A stretch of 64,000 nt of DNA from a virus. The DNA lies in IMG/VR virus record IMGVR_UViG_3300047160_020099, positions 64,001-128,000 of that record, one strand, 5' to 3'. The notes beneath the pieces are model-generated. The model saw only the letters and a list, made by a program, of their open reading frames with translations. It ran no database searches and was not told the origin of the DNA. Position numbers and translations under genes: made by a program. This document shows, piece by piece, positions 1 to 9,906 of this stretch. Numbering within the stretch: position 1 is the stretch's first letter; every line of letters starts with the position of its first letter.

Positions 1-25
1 GGGATGAACTGGGGACGTTCTTCTG

Positions 26-310
26 ATGGACAACTTCTATCATCGACGGCTGGTTCTCGCGAAGAAAGTGATACGGCACAAGCAGTCGTCGATAATCAGA
101 CAGACACACATGCTGGAGAATACGCTACGCAGGAAGATCAAGCAGTGGGCACAACGTGGTTACAGCCTGGCGGAGGGCATGATCTACGTCAAGGTGGACA
201 ATGGCTACATCGAGGTATCAGCTTTGATGTCGCTGTTACCTTACGACCAGGAGTGCTGTGACCCCAAACTCTTGCTCAAGCTGATGAGGCACAAGTACTC
301 CAGGACATAA
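26..310 (+). CDS. hypothetical protein
   Basis: ATG overlaps the TGA of an upstream frame (TGATG); tightly packed with the next ORF. Confidence 0.55.
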   Translation: MDNFYHRRLVLAKKVIRHKQSSIIRQTHMLENTLRRKIKQWAQRGYSLAEGMIYVKVDNGYIEVSALMSLLPYDQECCDPKLLLKLMRHKYSRT

Positions 311-312
311 TC

Positions 313-750
313 ATGCCAGTAGGACTTCTCTATGATCGCTACGTGACGCAGAGCGCGGTTCTGCGTGTGAAAGACGCTGCAGCTGCAGCTGCTTCACTTG
401 AAAACGGGCAACGGCCTTGGATGGTGCCTGATCTAGGCGACGGCAGTTTCACTATTCCTGGGCTGGCTGATGCGTACGACCGCAGCGAGATGTCGGAGGC
501 CTATTCGCTCATCCTGACCCAGCCAGGTGGAACGCAAGGCGACGCGATGGCGGCCAAGCTCCAGTCCGATTACCTGGCCTCACAGGAGAGGGCCTATCGG
601 CTTCGACAGTCAGGCCCGGTGCGTTGTGCCATGCACGCCGCCGCACGACGACAGGCTCATGGCGCTGTCAACGGCGTCTTTGGCCGCGTGGACGCCTTTG
701 TGCAGGACCTGATCATGGCAGGGGCAGCCAACTATGTCGGGGATGAGTAA
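313..750 (+). CDS. hypothetical protein, possibly virion-associated
   Basis: 145 aa ORF, stop overlaps next start (TAATG). Confidence 0.65.
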   Translation: MPVGLLYDRYVTQSAVLRVKDAAAAAASLENGQRPWMVPDLGDGSFTIPGLADAYDRSEMSEAYSLILTQPGGTQGDAMAAKLQSDYLASQERAYRLRQSGPVRCAMHAAARRQAHGAVNGVFGRVDAFVQDLIMAGAANYVGDE

Positions 751-1313
751 TGTCTGACGTGCTTGTCTTCGTGCAGCAGCCCGACGGGACACTTGTCCCC
801 CAGGTAGCGTCTGCTACCGAAGACGGACAAACTGTTACACCATCCGGCCTCGTTACTGCAGTCGCGCCGCAGCAGACGATCACGACGACCGCGTTGAGTT
901 TCTTGACGACAGTCAACGGCCAGGAAGTACAGCAACTCTATGCTGCCGGCAATCCTGGCAGCACCGTTGTCGCCCAGCAGAAGCTCGCCCAGCGTTTCTT
1001 GCTGCACCTGCTAACTGCACAGGGCTCGATACTCTACAGGCCAACGCAGGGTTGCTCGTTCGTTCAGCAATTACGGATCGGCAAGGCAGCCTCAGAGAAC
1101 GACATCTTCGCGGCGTTTGCTGGCGCCATGCCTGATGTGACGCAGAACATGCAGATAGAAGAACTCAGCACGGACCCGCCCGAGGAACGGTTCGGCTCGG
1201 CACAGATGACCAATCTGACTCTGAATAAGGGCTCCATCGTCACGACGATTACGCTCAACAGTCTTGCGCAGGTGCCCCTGAACCTCATCCTGCCACTCAA
1301 CTTCCTGCTGTAA
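750..1313 (+). CDS. baseplate wedge protein, gp25/GpW-like
   Basis: QKLAQRFLLHLLTAQGSILYRPTQG resembles the gp25 motif; directly upstream of baseplate J. Confidence 0.65.
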   Translation: MSDVLVFVQQPDGTLVPQVASATEDGQTVTPSGLVTAVAPQQTITTTALSFLTTVNGQEVQQLYAAGNPGSTVVAQQKLAQRFLLHLLTAQGSILYRPTQGCSFVQQLRIGKAASENDIFAAFAGAMPDVTQNMQIEELSTDPPEERFGSAQMTNLTLNKGSIVTTITLNSLAQVPLNLILPLNFLL

Positions 1314-1325
1314 CGAGGGCCAGCC

Positions 1326-2975
1326 ATGTCCTTGACAGTCACAGACCTGACAACGCTGGACCCGACGCAGGTCGAGCAGTTTCGTCAACAAGACCAGGCA
1401 CTTATCCAGGAGTACAACCCTGGAGCAGACCTGAAGCGTGGCCCGCTCCAGGACCTGGTCATCACGCCCAAGGCAGCACTGGATACAGCCACGCAGACGA
1501 ACATCGACCTGATCCGTCAGTCGAGCAGCTTGCTGGAGATCAATGCCAACCCGACGCTTGCCGACACAGATACCGTCAACCGGCTGCTGTCGAACTACGG
1601 GCTAACCAGGAATCCCGGCGCCGCAGCTACAGGTACGGTGACCATCGTGCTGAGCGCCCTGGTCCCAACGGTGATACAGCCCAGCACGATCTTCACTATC
1701 AATGGGCTGACCTTCCAGCCGATCATGACCTATGCCGGCCGGGTGACTTCGCAACTGGTGGTTGGCCCCGGCGACGTGTTGATTACAGCACTTGGCTCCA
1801 ACTACGCTTTCTCGATTACGGTTCAGGCTACGGCCGTGGGAGCTGCCGGCAACGTAACGAACGGCAGTACAGCTACGCTCAGTCTGAACCCGCCACAGTT
1901 TGTGCAGGCCTACGCCCAGGGCAACTTTACAGGTGGGCAGGACGAGGAGACCAACGAACAGCTCATCATCCGGTTGCAAAGCGGCCTGGCAGCGAAGACC
2001 TGGAGCAACCGGGCCACCATCGACGCGATGCTCAAGCAGCAGTTCCCGGCATTGATGGTCGAGTCAATCATCGGCTTTGGCGACGCTGAAATGTTGCGAG
2101 ATGCACATGCTCTATGGCCGGGGCATGCTGGTGGTCGCTCCGACACGTACGTTCGTACCGCTCAGCCCTGGCAAGCTGTCGTCCTGACCAAGACAGCTAC
2201 CTTGCAGTCTGTGTCCGGTGTCAACGGCACCTGGCAGTTCACTGTTGGTCGCGACGATGCACCCGGGTATTACGAGATTGACCGCATCCTGCTGCCCAGC
2301 ATGGCATTGACCGCCACCGGCTTCGCCCCCTCAAGCGACGTACGTAGCTGGGACTTTACGCCGGACGCAACACACAGTTACTTCCCCGACGTCACGGCAA
2401 CTATCGAGGCCGTATACAGCCGGTACCAGACCTCGACGGTACAGTTTGTGGATACGGTCACAAATGCCAGCAGTCTGACGCCTGGCGTGTCCACCGCGCA
2501 ATATGTCGTCATCTTCCGGACCATGCCTCAAGTGGCCGCCATCCAGGACTTCCTGGGGCAGCGAAACAACCGCCCGCCGATGGGCGATATTCTTGTGAAA
2601 GCTGCCGTGCCGTGTTTCATGACGGCTTCGATGACGCTCAACATCCTGACAGGCACAACGGTCGATGTTGCGGCCTTGCAGAACGCGCTGGCCGTGGCTG
2701 TGAATACTGCCGGCTTTATTGGCAGCATTGCCGCGTCAATGCTCTCCCAGGTTCTTCACAATGCGCTGGGGGCGGCACTGGTTTCTATCACGGGCATCAG
2801 CCTGGCAGGACGTATCCGAAAGCCAGACGGCACCAACGTTAGCATCAGCAGCTCTACGAATCTTTCATTCAGCAACGACAACTCGACGATGACGACCAAC
2901 CGTACGGTGATCTTCCTGCTCAACGCGACCGACGTTACACTAACGATCGTCAATGTGCCCGCACCGACACTGTAA
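1326..2975 (+). CDS. baseplate J-like protein
   Basis: A.GTVTI, V.ATAVGAAGNV and FTGGQDEETNEQLI.R motifs typical of Baseplate_J. Confidence 0.85.
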   Translation: MSLTVTDLTTLDPTQVEQFRQQDQALIQEYNPGADLKRGPLQDLVITPKAALDTATQTNIDLIRQSSSLLEINANPTLADTDTVNRLLSNYGLTRNPGAAATGTVTIVLSALVPTVIQPSTIFTINGLTFQPIMTYAGRVTSQLVVGPGDVLITALGSNYAFSITVQATAVGAAGNVTNGSTATLSLNPPQFVQAYAQGNFTGGQDEETNEQLIIRLQSGLAAKTWSNRATIDAMLKQQFPALMVESIIGFGDAEMLRDAHALWPGHAGGRSDTYVRTAQPWQAVVLTKTATLQSVSGVNGTWQFTVGRDDAPGYYEIDRILLPSMALTATGFAPSSDVRSWDFTPDATHSYFPDVTATIEAVYSRYQTSTVQFVDTVTNASSLTPGVSTAQYVVIFRTMPQVAAIQDFLGQRNNRPPMGDILVKAAVPCFMTASMTLNILTGTTVDVAALQNALAVAVNTAGFIGSIAASMLSQVLHNALGAALVSITGISLAGRIRKPDGTNVSISSSTNLSFSNDNSTMTTNRTVIFLLNATDVTLTIVNVPAPTL

Positions 2976-2986
2976 AGGAGTTTTCC

Positions 2987-3844
2987 GTGATTCGTTATCT
3001 CACCTGTCTGTTTCTGACCATCGCGGCGTTTGGCACGGCACTGGTGTACATCCCAACCGCGCCGGCCGGAACAGAAGCAGCCCAGAAGGGGGAAGATGCA
3101 CCCACCAAGGTCATGCCGCCGGCCAAAGAAGACGCCGAACCACCGATGCCAATGGCATCACCGCCAGGCGCTGCTGCCGGCGCCTTGCCAGACGACGGTG
3201 AGTTCAAGGAGATGAAGATCCCGGACACCAACAAAGTTGCCGGGTTGACGCTCACGCCGGATCAGACCGTTTCTGCCGCGAAACGTTTCGCCATCGTCCG
3301 TGCCACTACCGACAAGCCCGATCAGAAGGTGCGCTGGATCGTGCTGGGCGCGTTGCCGGGTCTCCAGCCCAGCTCGCTCGTATCGCCCAGCGGTCGGAGT
3401 ATTCTAATATTCCCGGCCGGTTATGCTGACCTGATCGTCGTGATGGCGTACAGCTCTACCGCGGACGGGCCTACAGACGTCGCCGTCAGCAAACTCGCTG
3501 TGGAAGGCCCGCTGGCGCCTTCTCCACAGCAACCAGCTACCAAACCGCCAGTCACAGGTAAGCTGCACGTCACGGTCGTCATCGACCTTGCCAAGCAGAC
3601 GCCTGAACTGGCGGCCATGCGAGCTTCCAAGGCCTTCCGTGACTTCCTTGGGAAAGAGAACTGCGTGTACCACGAGTGCAACCCGGCCACTGTGCCGGCC
3701 GACATAGGGGCTGCACTGAAGAAGGCTGGTCTCCCGTACCCGGCAGTCGTCATCCAGAATGCTGCCGGTGACATCGAGGAAAAGGCCACGTTTCTTACGG
3801 CCGAAGATGTAACAGGCCTTGTGGAACGAGTACGAGGTAAGTAA
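2987..3844 (+). CDS. secreted Pro-rich protein, C-terminal thioredoxin-like region
   Basis: AAGGAG RBS, GTG start, N-terminal signal peptide, GLPYPAVVIQ C-terminal motif. Confidence 0.7.
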   Translation: MIRYLTCLFLTIAAFGTALVYIPTAPAGTEAAQKGEDAPTKVMPPAKEDAEPPMPMASPPGAAAGALPDDGEFKEMKIPDTNKVAGLTLTPDQTVSAAKRFAIVRATTDKPDQKVRWIVLGALPGLQPSSLVSPSGRSILIFPAGYADLIVVMAYSSTADGPTDVAVSKLAVEGPLAPSPQQPATKPPVTGKLHVTVVIDLAKQTPELAAMRASKAFRDFLGKENCVYHECNPATVPADIGAALKKAGLPYPAVVIQNAAGDIEEKATFLTAEDVTGLVERVRGK

Positions 3845-4001
3845 GCTATGGGCGTAATCGGTCATACATGGAGGAGAAACAATGTCGGATCTCATTCTGA
3901 CAACCGAACCCCAACGACTGCTTCACGAAGGCAATCCCACCTCTGCGTAACGTCGCCAGCAGGGCTTCACCCAGGCCCTGCATCTTCGACAGGGAGGTCC
4001 T

Positions 4002-5990
4002 GTGCGTTGGCGACGACTTGTTCTGCCTCTGTTGCTTGTAGCCGGCATTCTACCCGTTCTTGGCGCCGAGCCCGACGCCCCTCCCAGGGTACGTACCGAC
4101 CGCTCCAGACCGCGACTGGCTGCTCGTGGTAACTGGACTGTCGTCAAGAACCTCTACACGCCAAACGACGCGGCCGAGGCCGCTCGTCAAGACTTGCGTA
4201 ACCTGGTGATCTCCAGATTGCCGGGCTATGCCCACATCTTCGTGGCTGCACCAGATAAGGCTGACCAGATCCTTGCTGAGTTCCAGTCCAAATACGCGAA
4301 AACCTTCTGCTACTACAGGTACTTGACCAGCTATAACTTCCCAGAAGCCATGCGGGAAGGGGTCTGGCAGGACGTTTCTTTCCTCGTGAACAGTCTCAGC
4401 CGGCACGACGAGAAGTTCCGACCAGCGTTCGGCGGTCCTGGCAACATCCTGATCCGCATCAACCTGCTTGACTACGACATTGATCCAGAGGATTGGGACA
4501 AGCTCGTTCTCAACGAGCCATACTTCCATCAGGATATTTTGCCTATTGCTGTCAGCAGTGTTGCTGCAACCTCGCCAGAAGAAGTACAACCCGGAACCAT
4601 CAACGAAGGCACGCCACACGCGACGATCAAGGTCCTGACCACGCCAGATGCCGACATACGCCTGGACGACCAGATCGTTCAATCCAGAGGCGCAGAGCGT
4701 ACGCTAGTCACGCCACCGCTGCTGGCAGGCAAGCGCTTCCGCTACACAGTTACCGCGGTCTGGCACGAAGGTGATAACGACCGTACAGCCACCAAACGCA
4801 TCCAGGTAATTGCCGGGCACACAACAGTGGTGGACTTGCGGGTTCCACGGGAACTGCCTGAAACACTGACAACAGTGACCGGCGCTCCAACGAGAGCAAT
4901 GGCTGGCTGGATCAATCCCTGTACCAACTCCGAGCTGGCCTTTCTGACACATTCGCAAGCGCCAATTGCTCGGGCTGATTGGTTCATCGCCAATGCGTCA
5001 GTACCACCAAACTACTACGATCTGCTGCGGCTGAAGACGCTCGATGACTTCAGGGATCTGGCAGGTTTCGACAAGCGGGCCGAACAACGCAAGGAAATTC
5101 GGGCCACGGTCGTCAGGTCCGGTTCTCATGGACTGGCTACGCCGGTCGCTCGCAACAACCGCATTCTGGCCCGTACACCGACATTCCAGGGCTACTTCTG
5201 GGAGACCTTCGACTTCCTCAACTCGGTCAAGGCCCGGAACGTCATCAACAACTTCCTCAACATCAGGGAAGACATTGCCCGACACTTCGAGGTCGGCGAG
5301 CTTTCCGGGCTTAACCCACGCGAATGGTTGCAGCACGTCCGCAACAAGCGTGGTTTCCGCGATGCTGGCGAATGGATCGCGTGTCTCCCCAATGGGCTGC
5401 AGTTTTACTTCCTGACCAATGGACAGGACCAGCGGCTGGACGAGGCAGACATTCACGTTGCGTACGATTCGACGGCCCACGACTTCCGGGTCATCAACGG
5501 CCGTTCCTGTATCTGGTGTCACTCAGACGGCATCCGGCCCTTCCGTAGCCAGTTCCAGCTCCAGATCGGTCCCAAGCAGCTGACGGACCTGGGCATCTAT
5601 CTGAACGACCCCGTGCGGGCACAGGAGCTGTCTGACTTCATTCGCAGGAAGTTCGGTTCGCCGCAGTTCGAGACCGTCATTCAGCGGGATCAGGCGTTCT
5701 ACAGCGAGAACATTGCCGCCGCCAATACACTGACGCCTGAATCCAACGCAGCCTTGTTCCGAAGTCTGTGGGACGGCTACCAGGAAGTGGACTTGAACCT
5801 GAATGTCATCTGTTATGAGCTGGGGATCCAGCCGGAAGAGGTCAAGGCACTCATTGCTGCACGACTCAACGGCGTCAACAACGGCGTCCTTTTGCAGCAA
5901 TTACTCCGGCCGCCGATAGCCATTCGCCGCGATCAATGGGAAGAGGTTTTCGATCAGATAGCGATCTTGACCACCCTGTTACGGCGGTGA
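4002..5990 (+). CDS. secreted protein with TIGR03000-like planctomycete domain and CxxCH haem motif
   Basis: GGGAGG RBS; signal peptide; ATIKV..PDADI.LD..RTLVTPPL.AGK.F.YTV.A.W (~4617-4842); LPNGLQ..NGRSCIWCH (5508-5522). Confidence 0.8.
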   Translation: MRWRRLVLPLLLVAGILPVLGAEPDAPPRVRTDRSRPRLAARGNWTVVKNLYTPNDAAEAARQDLRNLVISRLPGYAHIFVAAPDKADQILAEFQSKYAKTFCYYRYLTSYNFPEAMREGVWQDVSFLVNSLSRHDEKFRPAFGGPGNILIRINLLDYDIDPEDWDKLVLNEPYFHQDILPIAVSSVAATSPEEVQPGTINEGTPHATIKVLTTPDADIRLDDQIVQSRGAERTLVTPPLLAGKRFRYTVTAVWHEGDNDRTATKRIQVIAGHTTVVDLRVPRELPETLTTVTGAPTRAMAGWINPCTNSELAFLTHSQAPIARADWFIANASVPPNYYDLLRLKTLDDFRDLAGFDKRAEQRKEIRATVVRSGSHGLATPVARNNRILARTPTFQGYFWETFDFLNSVKARNVINNFLNIREDIARHFEVGELSGLNPREWLQHVRNKRGFRDAGEWIACLPNGLQFYFLTNGQDQRLDEADIHVAYDSTAHDFRVINGRSCIWCHSDGIRPFRSQFQLQIGPKQLTDLGIYLNDPVRAQELSDFIRRKFGSPQFETVIQRDQAFYSENIAAANTLTPESNAALFRSLWDGYQEVDLNLNVICYELGIQPEEVKALIAARLNGVNNGVLLQQLLRPPIAIRRDQWEEVFDQIAILTTLLRR

Positions 5991-6031
5991 TTATTGGTAG
6001 AATACGGGCGGACCACTGCCAGGAGGGCACC

Positions 6032-6736
6032 ATGCGATTCCATCTTTTTCTACCCATACTATGCTTGCTGTGGCTGGCAACAAGCGGCCGGTCGCAGTAC
6101 TATCAGCCGCCACCGCGTTACCAGCAGCAACCCTATTACCAGCCACAGCCCCAGATCATCTACCAGGACCGGGTCGAATACCGTGATCGCATAGTCCCGG
6201 TCGTTCAGCCTGTACCCTTCACTGTCGCTGTACCGGTAATCTCGTACCTGTACAACGGCTCCAGTTTCAGTCCTGTTTTCAACGCACAGACGACAGTAGC
6301 GAACCCGGGTCTTCAGGTAGCACAGACTACACAGCAGCAAGTACAGTCAGTACAGCAGACGCAGCAAGTTGCTGGCGGCCAGCTCCAGCTCGACGACGCA
6401 TTCATCGACAAGTTGATCGATCGCATCGAGCAGCGGCTGCAACAGCGCAACAAGCAGCCAATCGGGCCTCCGCCCGTACGGAAGGACGAGGCCCTTCACC
6501 AGCAGGTCGTGACGATCCTGTCCAACAACTGCGCTTCCTGCCACACGGCGCCCAAAGCCAAGGGTGGCATTACAATGTTCCTAGGTACCGGCGTCTTCAA
6601 CCCGGCCGTGGACAAGAAGAAAATCTTCGACGCGGCAGACGAGGGGCGCATGCCGCCCGCTGCCAAGACAGATCCATCGGCCGCGTTGAACGACGCCGAT
6701 ATTGCTTTGTTGCGACGCTGGCGAGACTCGGAGTAA
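6032..6736 (+). CDS. secreted protein with planctomycete-type cytochrome c domain
   Basis: AGGAGG RBS; signal peptide; Q/P/Y-rich linker; ILSNNCASCH (CxxCH at 6530-6544)..KGG..RMPP..L..DIALLRRW. Confidence 0.8.
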   Translation: MRFHLFLPILCLLWLATSGRSQYYQPPPRYQQQPYYQPQPQIIYQDRVEYRDRIVPVVQPVPFTVAVPVISYLYNGSSFSPVFNAQTTVANPGLQVAQTTQQQVQSVQQTQQVAGGQLQLDDAFIDKLIDRIEQRLQQRNKQPIGPPPVRKDEALHQQVVTILSNNCASCHTAPKAKGGITMFLGTGVFNPAVDKKKIFDAADEGRMPPAAKTDPSAALNDADIALLRRWRDSE

Positions 6737-6772
6737 GATCGAGGTATGGCTACCACACAAGGAGGAACACTC

Positions 6773-7624
6773 ATGCGTAAGCTCTTTGCCGTTTTCGCTC
6801 TGCTTGCTGCACTGACTTTTGCCAGCCCGGCTGGTGCCTGGTTCCGTGGAGGCTGTTGCGGCCCACGGTGTGGTGCCTCGTCCTTTAGCTTCCGTGGAGG
6901 CTTCTCCAGCGGAGGCTTCGGCTACGGTGGCTACAACTTCGGCCGCAGCTACGCACTGAACGCGCCGTTCTCTCTCCAGACCTTCGCGCCGGCGATGTCG
7001 TCTGGGTTTTCTTTCCAGGCCGCGCCGAGCATGCTGCAGTCTGACGTGTTCCAGCAGGTGATCCCGCCTATCGTCCAGCAGCGGGTGATCCAGCCGGCTA
7101 TCATCGAACAGACCATGACACGGCCATCGATCCAGACCTTCATGTCTGGATATGATCCTGGCTACCAGAGCAGCTACAGCTATCCGACAAACACGTACGA
7201 CACTGGCTACGATACCGGCGGCTATGGCTACGACCCCGGCAGCTATAGCTACGGCGGAGGTTACAGTCTGCCCTTCAACTCCGGCTTCAGCTCTGGCTAC
7301 AGCGGTGGCGGTTTCAGCTTGCCGTTCTCTGGCGGCTTTCGCTCTGGCTACGGCTTCGGCGGCGGCTTCTACGGCGGGTTCCGCGGGGGCTTCCGCAGTG
7401 ATGCCCGTACGCTGCCGATCCGTTTCCCCGGGTTCAGAGGCTCGGGCTTCTCCGCTGGCTTCGGAGGCTTCGGAGGCTTCGGTGGCTTCTCGCCGTTCTC
7501 TTCGACCAACGTCAACGTGAGCCGAGGAGGCCTGTTCGGCCGACGTACCAACGTCAATGTGCAATCGTTCTCGCCGTTCTCTTCGTCCAACGTCAATGTG
7601 AACGTTGGCAGACGGCGCTTCTGA
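6773..7624 (+). CDS. secreted Gly/Phe/Ser/Tyr-rich low-complexity protein
   Basis: AAGGAGG RBS; signal peptide; GGF repeats; duplicated FSPFSS(T/S)NVNV. Confidence 0.75.
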   Translation: MRKLFAVFALLAALTFASPAGAWFRGGCCGPRCGASSFSFRGGFSSGGFGYGGYNFGRSYALNAPFSLQTFAPAMSSGFSFQAAPSMLQSDVFQQVIPPIVQQRVIQPAIIEQTMTRPSIQTFMSGYDPGYQSSYSYPTNTYDTGYDTGGYGYDPGSYSYGGGYSLPFNSGFSSGYSGGGFSLPFSGGFRSGYGFGGGFYGGFRGGFRSDARTLPIRFPGFRGSGFSAGFGGFGGFGGFSPFSSTNVNVSRGGLFGRRTNVNVQSFSPFSSSNVNVNVGRRRF

Positions 7625-7648
7625 ACTTCGGCCGTCGCCAGTCCCAAG

Positions 7649-7681
7649 GACGCCGTCGCCACAAGCGACGGCGTCTTTTTT
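7649..7681 (+). terminator. intrinsic terminator
   Basis: GACGCCGTCGC-CACAA-GCGACGGCGTC followed by T6. Confidence 0.85.
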
Positions 7682-7697
7682 GAACCATGGTTGTGCC

Positions 7698-9104
7698 ATG
7701 CCTTTCGAGTACCCAACTGACCAGCGTGACAACCTGAATGTCTACGCGAGCCTGATAGCCAGCTTCTGGACCACGCTATTCGGCAACGTCGATAACGTGG
7801 TGGACCTGCTGCGCACCTACAAGCTGTCCGAGCGGCAGCTGGCCGGCCAGATGCAGGAGCTGCAAGACACCGTTGGTCGGCAGACTTGTCCCGTCCACCA
7901 CACTCAGGACTGGTACGAGCTTACGCTGCTCCTGTCTACTCGGCAGGCTGGACCCATACCCGGTAGTGTCAGTTACGTTTTGCCGGCAGTTTTACAGAAC
8001 TGCCTACAGGTCACCAACGCCATCACAACCCCTTCCGCAGCCTGGCACAATGGCGTCTCGATGACGATCGACCCGGTCAACCACCTCATCAACTTCGCCG
8101 CCGATCCATTCAACGACCCGAATGTAGTACCTGTACCTGTTCACGATTCCACAGGCACGGTCATCGATACAGCGCTGACGCTGTGGCTCTTCAAGGCGAA
8201 GCTCGACTGGCAGTATCTCTACGAGCAATTCGGTTACGTGGTTGGCGTCGGACAAGACATGGCAAGCACCTACGCCCTCAAGACCTTGCTCAACGCCGTC
8301 TATGACGCCTACACCGCGGGCAGTACCTACGACGCTGTAAGCCGGCTGTTAACAGCACTCACGGACATACCACTCGCGGTCGGCAACGAGACTGTACAGG
8401 CGATCACGCAAGACGCCACCAACTTGCTCGTTATAACCGACCAAACTGTGTATAAGTTCTCGCCAGACGCAACGGCAGTTGTACTGCCTGGGCAACAGCT
8501 CAACCGCAACGATCCGCTCACCGACGCCTTGCAGATCATCGAGCCGACAGCTGGGGTCATCCCGCCGATAATCTCGCAGCTCTCCCTCGGCCCTGGCTTC
8601 CTGCTCGTCGATATTTCGAACGAGCTGCTGTTCAAAAATGCCTCGGTCCCCCTGAACGTGCAGACGGGCGTGAGTGGCTACACAAAGCTGACCTGGCAGT
8701 TGGGCGGCTTTACCACCGACGTGACGACGTTCTTCAACGACCTGCATTCAAGAGGTGTGGCGGCTGGTGCCACGCTCGCCAATTACCTGGATACGCGGAC
8801 GGTACCCGTCGGACAACCAACCGCTGCTGATCTGCCTACCGGTATCAACCCTCTTCAGTTCCTGGTGCAGAACGTCCTTCGCAACAACTGTCTGTTCGTG
8901 TATCTGAAGGTAGACCAGTTTGGCCCCAAGGCACTTGGCACCGGTCTGGCCAGCTTGTTGCGACAGGTGGTGCCGCCACACATGACCGTGATCGTCTACG
9001 CCGAGGTCGTCCAGGCTACTGAGGCCGTTACAATGAACGGTGTTGGCAGTCTGACCAACCCTGGCTATGCTGAGAGCTATTCGCTCTATACCACACCCGG
9101 TTAA
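7698..9104 (+). CDS. putative baseplate/tail structural protein
   Basis: 468 aa, T/V/P-rich; C-terminal L.QVVPPH similar to baseplate wedge proteins; tail-module context. Confidence 0.6.
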   Translation: MPFEYPTDQRDNLNVYASLIASFWTTLFGNVDNVVDLLRTYKLSERQLAGQMQELQDTVGRQTCPVHHTQDWYELTLLLSTRQAGPIPGSVSYVLPAVLQNCLQVTNAITTPSAAWHNGVSMTIDPVNHLINFAADPFNDPNVVPVPVHDSTGTVIDTALTLWLFKAKLDWQYLYEQFGYVVGVGQDMASTYALKTLLNAVYDAYTAGSTYDAVSRLLTALTDIPLAVGNETVQAITQDATNLLVITDQTVYKFSPDATAVVLPGQQLNRNDPLTDALQIIEPTAGVIPPIISQLSLGPGFLLVDISNELLFKNASVPLNVQTGVSGYTKLTWQLGGFTTDVTTFFNDLHSRGVAAGATLANYLDTRTVPVGQPTAADLPTGINPLQFLVQNVLRNNCLFVYLKVDQFGPKALGTGLASLLRQVVPPHMTVIVYAEVVQATEAVTMNGVGSLTNPGYAESYSLYTTPG

Positions 9105-9114
9105 GGAGCCAAAT

Positions 9115-9249
9115 ATGCCTCATGTGCTCATTGCGGCTGTCTTGTTGCTGGTCGTGCTGGCAGTTGCAGGCTCGCGCGACAAGGAGTACGAGGGCAAGCC
9201 AGTCATCCTGCCGTTCAAGCGACCCGACAGGAAGGGTAATTCGGCATGA
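9115..9249 (+). CDS. small membrane protein
   Basis: AAGGAG RBS, one hydrophobic segment, overlaps next start. Confidence 0.5.
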   Translation: MPHVLIAAVLLLVVLAVAGSRDKEYEGKPVILPFKRPDRKGNSA

Positions 9250-9893
9250 CGCCTCTCAAGAAACGCTGGCGACGCCTGGAGAAGCGAGTACCAGGGCTGT
9301 ACGTCAATCCGGATATCTGTCATGGGCGGTATCAGATCTACCGGATTGACGAGGCTACCGGCCACTGGGACTTCTTGTTCTCCAAAGAGAACCTGGTCCT
9401 GTACACCTGGGGCTACCTTGCCTGCCAGTGCATTGGCCGTGGTAATCCAGCCTACGCTGTGGCAGCCGCTTACCTGGAGTACATGAACGTCGTTACAGCG
9501 GGCACCGTGGTAACGCCGCCTACCTACGACCGCTCGGCCGGCCTATCCTATTTCAGCGGCTTGCCAGTCAACAAGGATTATCTGCGTGTGCCGCTCGTTG
9601 GACTGCCAACGATTGACATTGCTCCTGGCTATGAGCCGTACTTCGTCTCTGGCTCAACCGGCAACCGTGCAACATTCGTTGCACAAAGCACCGGTACTGT
9701 GGGAGTGAACGGCCAACCTTACTCGGCGGCTGCGTTGTCCACAGTCTATGGTGTCACGCTTGTTGCTACACCAGTGCAGAACACACCTGCCGACGACATC
9801 ATCCTGAGTCGTGGGTATTTCAATACTAACGACCAGCAGTTGAAGCAGGACGGCAGCCAGATCGGCGTCCGCTGGAAGATCAGTTTCCAATGA
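9246..9893 (+). CDS. putative tail/baseplate fibre-attachment protein
   Basis: ENLV..G N-terminus and V.WKISF C-terminus typical of proteins preceding tail fibres. Confidence 0.55.
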   Translation: MTPLKKRWRRLEKRVPGLYVNPDICHGRYQIYRIDEATGHWDFLFSKENLVLYTWGYLACQCIGRGNPAYAVAAAYLEYMNVVTAGTVVTPPTYDRSAGLSYFSGLPVNKDYLRVPLVGLPTIDIAPGYEPYFVSGSTGNRATFVAQSTGTVGVNGQPYSAAALSTVYGVTLVATPVQNTPADDIILSRGYFNTNDQQLKQDGSQIGVRWKISFQ

Positions 9894-9906
9894 GCAGGGA
9901 TGCGTT

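Noticed and set aside
6581-7732. 383-aa minus-strand ORF
   Set aside because: Antisense shadow of the Gly-rich + strand gene, which has the RBS, signal peptide and terminator.
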